Assembly (NCBI GenBank): GCA_038207085.1
Contig: JBBRAE010000004.1
Span: forward strand, 1-64,000
Length of the DNA stretch: 64,000 nt
Origin: Armatimonadota bacterium
Lineage (GTDB): Bacteria; Armatimonadota; UBA5829; DTLH01
Reading direction: 5' to 3'
Made by a program: the position numbers and the translations under genes. The notes beneath the pieces are model-generated. The model was given only the letters and a program-made list of their open reading frames with translations, searched no databases and was not told the DNA's origin. This document shows, one piece after another, positions 1 through 7,067 of this stretch. Positions within the stretch are counted from its first letter, which is position 1, and every line of letters starts with the position of its first letter.

Positions 1-1311
1 AGTCATGTCTTGTCGCCCGTGAGGACGATGGGGAAGCGTTGACAGGGGGAACTCGTAGGCTGGGTATTGAGCCGCGAAATTTCACATCTACTTCAGAGTG
101 CCGACGTCGTGTACATAACGGAAGGCAACATCAGGTGTGTCGATAGCGCGAGACATACCGAACTCTGCGTGGTCGGAGACCCCATGCATGCGAGGAAGCA
201 TCTTGCAGTGAGTGAGAGAGCACATTTCTCACTCGATACGGGAATCGGGATATCCCACAGCCAACCTGTGTAAATGGTAGCATAGGTTCGTGCTGTGAAT
301 CCAAAGGAGCAATACAGCAATGTACGGTTGTGGGAAGTCGGACAGTCCCAGGGTACCTGTGAAGTCCGCGAACAAGGGCACTGACAACAAGGTGTCGGCG
401 GAGCGGATGGAGGGAAGGGGACTGGCCAAGGGGAATGCGCGCGAGCAAAACAGGCTCCGGACACAGAGCCGGGCACGCCTACAAAGCGAGCTTGGGCGTA
501 TACGGCAGATAGCCGAGAGGGATAAAGATGCGAAGTTTACTACGCTCTGGGGAAGTATAAGCCCGCTCGTCACCAACATCTACTTGCACTACGCGCTCGA
601 TATCTGGGCGAGTATCTGGAGAAGAAGCAGCGCAAGAGGCGAAATGCTGATAGTGCGTTTTGCCGACGACGCTGTATTCGGATTCCAGTATAAGTCAGAT
701 GCCGAGAGGTTCCGGGAGGAGTTGAAGAAGCGACTCTCTCGATTCCACCTGGAGCTCAACGCGGAGAAGACGCGCCTGATCGAGTTCGGTCGCCTTGCGG
801 CGACGGATCGAGCAAAGCGTGGGGAGTGCAAGCCGGAGACTTTCGATTTCCTGGGTTTTACGAACATATGCAGTAAGAGCCGGAAAGGAAAGTTCATCGT
901 GCTTCGCCAGACCAGTCGCAAGAAGATGCGGACGAAACTGAAAGAGCTTAGGCTGGAGCTTCGTCGGCGTATGCACGACCCAGTTTGTGAGGTCGGAGTA
1001 GGGCTTCGGAGTGTGCTGATGGGTCACTACCGGTATTATGGTGTGCCCCGCAACAGTGTGGCTATGAGTTCTTTTCGGTATCAGGTTCTCTGGCTATGGC
1101 ATCGCAGTCTGGAGCGACACAGCCAGAAAGCTCGCTGTCGCTGGGACAAGATGAATGTTCTTGCCCAGAGATGGCTTCCCAATCCCAAAATCATGCATCC
1201 ATATCCTGACAAGCGTCTGCGCGTCACTATCTGAGGCAGGAGCCCGGTGCGATAGTCTCGCACGCCGGGATCTGTGCGGGGGCTGGGGGTAACTCCGGTC
1301 CCTACTGCGAC
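1..1311 (+). mobile_element. Group II intron, 3' part (5' end lies outside the window)
   Basis: RT/maturase ORF followed by domain V (gAGCccggtgcgatagtctcgcacgccgggatc, 1240-1272, AGC triad) and a domain VI-like hairpin ending ...ccctactgcgAC at 1311. Confidence 0.9.
320..1234 (+). CDS. ltrA: Group II intron-encoded RT/maturase with in-frame internal deletion (most of RT0-RT4 missing)
   Basis: N-terminal ...KDAKFTTLW joins directly to GSISPLVTNIYLHY; VRFADD, FDFLGF and X domain (LMGHYRYYGVP) are retained; no endonuclease domain. Confidence 0.85.
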   Translation: MYGCGKSDSPRVPVKSANKGTDNKVSAERMEGRGLAKGNAREQNRLRTQSRARLQSELGRIRQIAERDKDAKFTTLWGSISPLVTNIYLHYALDIWASIWRRSSARGEMLIVRFADDAVFGFQYKSDAERFREELKKRLSRFHLELNAEKTRLIEFGRLAATDRAKRGECKPETFDFLGFTNICSKSRKGKFIVLRQTSRKKMRTKLKELRLELRRRMHDPVCEVGVGLRSVLMGHYRYYGVPRNSVAMSSFRYQVLWLWHRSLERHSQKARCRWDKMNVLAQRWLPNPKIMHPYPDKRLRVTI

Positions 1312-1400
1312 CACCCGTGAGTTGAAAAGGGCGGAGGGTTAGCCTCCGCCCTTCGACTCCGTAAGGTTGGTTAGTAACGACCAAGATCGGAGTCGCCTTT

Positions 1401-2675
1401 ATGATACTACGGGAGACAAAAGTGAACATCAGTTATTTCAAGCAGCATGGATTTTCTCAGCGAGAGATTGCTCGAAAGACGGGTAAGCATCGGAAGACCG
1501 TCAAGCGTTATGCCGAGAACCCCGAGCTAATCGGTCAGTTTCGTGCAAAAGTGGAAAGGCCAAGTATTCTGGACGAGTTCCAGCCAACGATCGAGAGTTG
1601 GCTGGAAGACGACAACGATCTTCAGGCGACCAATATCCTCGATAACATCAGAAAGTTGGGCTACTCTGGTGGTTACACAATCGTCAAAGATTTGGTTCGC
1701 GAGATCAAGAAGGACAACAATCGAATCGCCTACATTCGCTTTGAGACCGAACCCGGCAGGCAGGCGCAGGTAGACTTCGGAGACTACATGGTGGTCGAAC
1801 CCGATGGCAGCCTGTCCAAGGTTTACCTGTTTAGCATGATTATGGGTTATTCGCGTGAGCCCTATGGTGAGTTTCTCAAGCGCTGCGACATGACAAGTTT
1901 TCTCGATGTGCACCAGCGAGCGTTCGCCCATTTCAACGGCGTTCCCGCTGAGATTCTTTACGACCGCATGAAGAATGTCTATATTGGCAGACTCGCAGGC
2001 AAGGACAATTTTACGTAGGGGTTGATGACTCTGGCGGATCATTATGGCTTCAGTCCCATGGCGGCACCTGCCTACTGCCCTTGGATGAAGGGAAAAGTGG
2101 AGCGGCCGATGGATTTTATACGGGAGGGATTCTGGAGAGGCTATATATTCACCGGCATTGAGCAGGCAAACCGTGATCTGGCTACGTTCCTGGAGGAGAA
2201 GTCCCATCGTATTCACGGCACAACCAAGGAGAAAGTCTGCGACAGGTTCGAGGCTGAAAAGTCGTTTCTTATGGCTCTGCCTCCGACTCAATGCGATGTG
2301 TCCCAGCGTCTGTATCGCAAGGTTCACAAGGACTGCACGATAAGTGTGGAGGGCTGCCTGTATGAGGTTCCTCACACGCTGGTCGGCAAGAAAATCGTGG
2401 TTCGCCTCAAAGACGGGATCTTGCGAATCTTCGACGGCGACAAGCTGATGGCGACGCGTTCCCAATCGACAGTCAAAGGCGCCCTCGTGAAGCTGCCCGG
2501 CCTTCGTGAGGCGATCCTTGGCGACCGAAAGATGAACGCTCGGAAGTATGACCATCGAAAACGCGGCAAGGGTAAAGCCACGAGGAGTCCCATCAAGGGT
2601 AGGTATGAGGTCGATGTTGAGCGGCGGCCGCTGTCTGTCTACGCTGCGATAGGCGGAGGTGTGGCCTGTGCTTGA
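1401..2675 (+). pseudogene. istA: IS21 transposase IstA interrupted by an in-frame TAG at 2016-2018
   Basis: ORFs 1401-2018 and 2022-2675 share a frame; HTH N-terminus, RFETEPGRQAQVDFG, ILYDRMK and KGKVER DDE motifs. Confidence 0.9.
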
Positions 2676-3450
2676 GCAGCTTGTGATGGAACGACTCACT
2701 GATAACCTGACGCGTCTGAAGCTTTCGAGGCTGTGGGAGAATCTGTCGGATGTCGTGAAAGCCGCCGAAGTCGATTCATGGAGCTATCTGCACCTGCTGG
2801 ACAACCTTTTTGAGGAAGAGGTGGCGGCTCGTGAGCAGAACCGGATCGAAAGCGTGCTCAAAAGCTCTGGCTTACCGTATCTCAAGACCCTCGATGAGTT
2901 CGATTTCGTTTTTCAACCGAGCATCAACCGCCAGCAGATCGTGAACCTGTTCGACCTGGCGTTCGTCGAGCGCAGGGAAAACGTCATCTTCCTGGGACCT
3001 CCGGGGGTCGGCAAGACTCACCTCGCCGTGTCGCTGGCGATAAAGGCGGCGCAGGGCGGTCATACAATCCAGTTCGTAACGATGGCCGATTTAATCTGCA
3101 GACTGCGGGCGGATCGCGAGACGGGCCGTATGAACAGGAGCCGCCGGTGCTGTAAGTCGAGCCTGGTGGTGGTCGACGAGGTCGGCTACACTCCGATTGA
3201 TCGTGATGAGTGCGGTTTATTTTATCAGTTCGTGGCGATGAGATACGAGAAATCGAGCACGATCATCACCTCGAACAAGGCCTTCGACGAGTGGTCGGAA
3301 CTCTTCCACGATCCTGTGATCGTCACGGCGATCCTCGACAGGCTGCTGCACCACAGCGCAGTCGTCAACATCAAGGGCAACAGCTATCGCCTCAAAGGCA
3401 AACTTCCGGCGCCTGCGCCCAGTAAGGTCGAAGGAGAGGTGGTCGACTGA
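2668..3450 (+). CDS. istB: IS21 helper AAA+ ATPase IstB
   Basis: Walker A GPPGVGKT, Walker B VVVDEVG, AILDRLLHH...GNSYRL; GGAGG 8 nt before GTG 2668, overlapping the istA end. Confidence 0.95.
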   Translation: MLEQLVMERLTDNLTRLKLSRLWENLSDVVKAAEVDSWSYLHLLDNLFEEEVAAREQNRIESVLKSSGLPYLKTLDEFDFVFQPSINRQQIVNLFDLAFVERRENVIFLGPPGVGKTHLAVSLAIKAAQGGHTIQFVTMADLICRLRADRETGRMNRSRRCCKSSLVVVDEVGYTPIDRDECGLFYQFVAMRYEKSSTIITSNKAFDEWSELFHDPVIVTAILDRLLHHSAVVNIKGNSYRLKGKLPAPAPSKVEGEVVD

Positions 3451-3767
3451 TGCCCGCGCATAGAAAGTATGCAAGCTCGGCGGCGAAACAGGCGGCGTAC
3501 CGGGCAAGGTGCAATACGCCCCGAAAGCTTTCGGGGGCACCAAGAGCGCCTGCGACCGGGTCCGTATATCATCGATGGGAGGCAATGCGAAAGCAATCCC
3601 TGAGTATCCTCGAACAGATCACCAGCGAGATGGAGGTCTACTCCGACCAACGCCCCGAATCTTGGCAGGACTCAGAGCGCGGAGAGGCATTCACCGAGAC
3701 GATGGAATCGGTGGTGGACATAGCAGATGCACTCAGAGATATCTCACCGAACCCGTCTGAAGCGTAA
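3450..3767 (+). CDS. Hypothetical passenger protein inside IS21 (105 aa)
   Basis: ATG overlaps the istB stop (TGATG) and the ORF lies before the IS right end; basic N-terminus, acidic helical C-terminus. Confidence 0.65.
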   Translation: MPAHRKYASSAAKQAAYRARCNTPRKLSGAPRAPATGSVYHRWEAMRKQSLSILEQITSEMEVYSDQRPESWQDSERGEAFTETMESVVDIADALRDISPNPSEA

Positions 3768-3918
3768 CGCATTACGCTTCAGACCCTCAGATACAATCCA
3801 TGAATGGAGGTGATACAGGAAAATTGTGGCGGCGGGTGGTACACTTTCAGACCGCCATGATTGGTACACTTTCACTCCGCCATTGACACGCAGGATGACT
3901 TCCTTGACACGCAACAGT

Positions 3919-3944
3919 GTAGGGGCGGGCCAACGTGTCCGCCC
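3919..3944 (+). repeat. GTAG-type REP-like hairpin (copy 1)
   Basis: GTAGGGGCGGGCCAAcGTGTCCGCCC; one mismatch to 26015-26040. Confidence 0.7.
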
Positions 3945-3998
3945 GCTCCTTTCCCCCGGTAGAACTATTGGATTTTGCCCAAAGTGAAGAGTTTATGC

Positions 3999-4027
3999 TT
4001 GCATATGGAACCTAAACGCGCTAAAAT
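3999..4027 (+). promoter_or_regulatory. Sigma70-type promoter
   Basis: TTGCAT-17 nt-TAAAAT; predicted start site near 4034. Confidence 0.55.
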
Positions 4028-4033
4028 CGTCTT

Positions 4034-4415
4034 ACTAAGTAGTGGTGCCCCTCTATAGTGCCGCGTTCAACGACCCCGATGGGCTTTCCGACTGATATAG
4101 TTGGCATTGATGATGAATATATGTCAGTAGTGTTGAGGTTCTGTATTAAGTGACCATTTAGTGTTGTTGGCTCTCAAGTTTGTAGGTATGGTAAGGTTTG
4201 ATTGCGGTTGGGCAGTAGGCGGCGTCGTACACGTGGTTTCCCTTGTGGATTCCGCAGAATGCAGGAGTAAGCATCGTGGAGCTTGACTGGCAACGGATGG
4301 CCGCACATCAAGGCGGCGCCGCAGACTGCCCGTTTTGTCGGCCTTGCACGATTGCACTCTTGTAGGCTTGAGCAAGGCCCGTCTGGAAGCGCCTCTTCTG
4401 ACGGGCCGTTTATTT
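4034..4415 (+). ncRNA. Candidate structured RNA (or structured mRNA of a 29-aa ORF at 4276-4365)
   Basis: Nested long-range pairings with many G-U pairs (4173-4186/4359-4372, 4210-4216/4325-4331, 4219-4227/4314-4322), bounded by a promoter and a terminator-like hairpin. Confidence 0.5.
4376..4415 (+). terminator. Terminator-like hairpin
   Basis: GGCCCGTC...GACGGGCC followed by GTTTATTT; may also serve the convergent uvrC. Confidence 0.55.
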
Positions 4416-4426
4416 GGCCCGGCTGC

Positions 4427-6328
4427 CTACGGGTGCAGGTAGGCGAAGACCGCTTCCGCGGCTGACTTGTTCATCGATGGCGCCTGCGCGATCTCCTCAA
4501 GCGTCGCCTCACGGATGCGCTTGAGCGACCCGAAGTGCTTTAGAAGCGCTGTCCTCCGAGCTTTGCCAACCCCCGGAACCTCCATGAGCACCGATTTGGT
4601 CATCGTCTTTGAGCGAAGCTTTCTGTGATACTCCACCGCGAACCGGTGGGCTTCGTCCCGAACCCTCTGCAGGACAAAAAGCGCCTTGGAGCCTCGAAGA
4701 AGCATCCTGGGGTGTCGTTCGTCGGGCTTGTAGATCTCCTCGAACTCTTTGGCGAGCCCGATCAGCGGCGTTTCTTCCCCAAGCTCGCTTGTAACCTCAA
4801 CCGCGACGTTCAACTGCCCGCGCCCGCCGTCTACCATCAATAGGTCTGGAAGCTCCGCGAACTTCTCGCTCTGCCGCAGGCTCCCCGCCAGCCTTCTGGT
4901 GAGCACCTCGCGCATCATCGCGTAGTCGTCGGGCCGTTCGGGGGTGTATTTGATCTTGAAGCGCCGGTAGTCGCTCTTTTTGGGCCTGCCGTTTTCAAAG
5001 ACGACGAGCGAGCCGACCGCTTCTGTCCCCATTATGTTCGAAATATCGTAGCACTCGATTCGCTTCGGCAGCTTCGGCAGGTTAAGCGCGCTTTGGAGTT
5101 CAAGCAGATCACGTTGCGCCGCCTCTTCGTCGGCTTCGACCCTCTTTTGAAGCTGCTCAAGAACGAGCACCGCGTTCTGCCTCGCCATCTCGACCAGTTT
5201 GCGTTTTTCGCCGCGCGACGGGGCGGAAAGCTGCACCTTTGTCCCGCGTTTCTGACGCAGCCAGCTCTCGATGATCCCCATCTCGTCGACCTCACACTGC
5301 AGCAGCACCTCGCGCGGCACGTACGCCGCCGCCTGATAATACTGCTTCACAAACTCCTGCACTGAGACCGCGATGTTCTCTCCGGTCGTCCCTTCGAGCA
5401 CAAAGTGTTCCTGGCCGATCAGCTTTCCTCCCCGGATGAAGAAGAGCTCGGCGATGGCGCTTCCGTTGTCTGTGACAAGCGCTACTACGTCCTGATCGGT
5501 GAGCGCACCGGCGATGACCTTCTGTCGCTCGATGATCTTCTGCACCGCATGCACCTGATCGCGCAGCCTCGCCGCTTTCTCAAATAGCAGCCGCTCGGCA
5601 GCATCCTCCATTTGCGCCTGAAGCTCTTTCAGGAGCGCGTCTTGCCGTCCGTCGAGGAAGAGTATAACGTCCTTGATCGCCTGGCTGTATTCTTCTTCAG
5701 TCACAGCCCCGTTGCAAGGTCCGAGACACTGGCCGATGTGATAGTAGAGGCACGCGCGGCCCTTGGTCGATGCCGGGTCCTTCGCTCCACACGGCACCTT
5801 GAACACCCGACGAATGAGGCGAAGCGTCTCCCGCACCGCGTCGGGGCTTGTGTAGGGCCCAAAATACTTGTCGCCGTTTTTGAAATCGTTGTGGACTTGG
5901 CGCACGAACATCGGGCGCGGCCACCGCTCGGAGGTAGTAACGACGATATAGGGATAGCTCTTGTCGTCCTTCATTCGGACATTGTAGTAGGGCTTGTATT
6001 TCTTGATGAGGTTGGATTCGAGGATTAGCGCCTCAAGCTCGGAGTCGGTGACGATCCACTCGAGGTCGGCGATCTCGTGCACCATCCGCCGCACCTTCTC
6101 AGACACGTCGCGCCCCAGCTTCTGGAAGTAGCTCCGCACCCTGTTCTTAAGCACAACAGCCTTGCCGACGTAGATAACCTCACCGAGTGCGTTCTTCATA
6201 ATATAGCACCCGGGCCGAGTCGGCAGCGCTGAGAGTTTTTCCTTCAGCGTCAAGTAAAAATTGCTTTCTAAGACCCACGAATCAAGCGGGTCGGACGTTT
6301 CTATTACGTCTCTTTTCTCCTCGGTCAT
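4427..6328 (-). CDS. uvrC: Excinuclease ABC subunit C
   Basis: GIY-YIG (PGCYIMK...IYVGKA), UVR domain, IECYDISN, DGGRGQL, RDEAHRFA, C-terminal HhH. Confidence 0.97.
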   Translation of the reverse strand: MTEEKRDVIETSDPLDSWVLESNFYLTLKEKLSALPTRPGCYIMKNALGEVIYVGKAVVLKNRVRSYFQKLGRDVSEKVRRMVHEIADLEWIVTDSELEALILESNLIKKYKPYYNVRMKDDKSYPYIVVTTSERWPRPMFVRQVHNDFKNGDKYFGPYTSPDAVRETLRLIRRVFKVPCGAKDPASTKGRACLYYHIGQCLGPCNGAVTEEEYSQAIKDVILFLDGRQDALLKELQAQMEDAAERLLFEKAARLRDQVHAVQKIIERQKVIAGALTDQDVVALVTDNGSAIAELFFIRGGKLIGQEHFVLEGTTGENIAVSVQEFVKQYYQAAAYVPREVLLQCEVDEMGIIESWLRQKRGTKVQLSAPSRGEKRKLVEMARQNAVLVLEQLQKRVEADEEAAQRDLLELQSALNLPKLPKRIECYDISNIMGTEAVGSLVVFENGRPKKSDYRRFKIKYTPERPDDYAMMREVLTRRLAGSLRQSEKFAELPDLLMVDGGRGQLNVAVEVTSELGEETPLIGLAKEFEEIYKPDERHPRMLLRGSKALFVLQRVRDEAHRFAVEYHRKLRSKTMTKSVLMEVPGVGKARRTALLKHFGSLKRIREATLEEIAQAPSMNKSAAEAVFAYLHP

Positions 6329-6567
6329 TCCTCTCCTCTATAGAGAATTACCCCGTTCTCGCTGCGGGAGGTTCCGTGCATGGTAAACTACCGACTCTGT
6401 CGGGCCGGATCAAATGCCAGCGGGTGATTGGTGCCATCAATTGTTCCAAGCGGCACGCCGGAACTTGCCTTTACGGCCTTTGGTATCGGCAGATCCGTGA
6501 GCTCAGTGGCATTGCGACTGTCCGATGAGAAGCTGTCGGCTGACGGAGCTCTCCTCAGCATCACGTC

Positions 6568-6801
6568 TCACAGATAAGCCTTCAGCTCATCGACTCCAAC
6601 ATTGATGTCCTTGAGTATCTTTCTCGGCAGCCCGCGCCCAAGAGTATTGCCTTCGTGCATCGGCACCGTGGTTCGTCTTCCATCGGGATGAACATAGCGC
6701 ACGTGACTCCCTGCCGATCTGCGGGCAACTGTAAACCCCATCTTCTCCAGAGCCCGAGTAAGTTCGCTCGGGCGGAGAACAGGCAGGTTTTCACCCGTCA
6801 C
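6568..6801 (-). CDS. hicA: HicA-family mRNase toxin
   Basis: 77 aa; LEKMGF...GSHVRYVHPDGRRTTVPMH...KILKD; start overlaps the hicB stop. Confidence 0.9.
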   Translation of the reverse strand: MTGENLPVLRPSELTRALEKMGFTVARRSAGSHVRYVHPDGRRTTVPMHEGNTLGRGLPRKILKDINVGVDELKAYL

Positions 6802-7052
6802 AGGGTCACCTCAACGCTCTTGATGCCTACTACTTCAGGAAAACGCAGATCTATGTCTTTGCCCTCCTCGCGCAGTTCCTCGATGCACATCTCAATGACA
6901 TCGTGGATGTTTACGAGCGCATCTTCAAAGGTGTCTCCTTGAGTGTAACACCCCTGAAGCGCCGGGCACGAAGCAACATACTTGCCGTCCTCGTCGATCT
7001 CCAGCACCACCTGCAGATGGTAGGTATGCTCGGTCTTGTTAATGCTTTTCAT
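6798..7052 (-). CDS. hicB: HicB-family antitoxin (short form, no DNA-binding domain)
   Basis: 84 aa; YVASCPALQGCYTQGDTFEDALVNIHDVI. Confidence 0.9.
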   Translation of the reverse strand: MKSINKTEHTYHLQVVLEIDEDGKYVASCPALQGCYTQGDTFEDALVNIHDVIEMCIEELREEGKDIDLRFPEVVGIKSVEVTL

Positions 7053-7067
7053 ACGGCGACCTTTCTG

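Larger units (their letters stand above)
1312..3888 (+). mobile_element. IS21-family insertion sequence (left end interrupted by the intron)
   Basis: istA-istB pair; right end ends in ...TTGACA (3888) with two tandem 21-bp binding repeats TGGTACACTTTCA(GA/CT)CCGCCA at 3837-3857 and 3862-3882. Confidence 0.9.

Noticed and set aside
2016..2018. In-frame TAG in istA as pyrrolysine or stop-codon recoding
   Set aside because: uvrC, uvrA, both Eis paralogs, pepF and ahcY end in TAG, so TAG is a normal stop; a nonsense mutation in a decayed IS is simpler.
3883..3913. TTGACACGCA direct repeat as the IS21 target-site duplication
   Set aside because: The first copy overlaps the IS end itself; a true duplication needs the left flank, which is outside the window.
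4034..4415. tmRNA or RNase P RNA
   Set aside because: No tRNA-like GGGG...CCACCA ends and no GAGGAAAGTCC motif.
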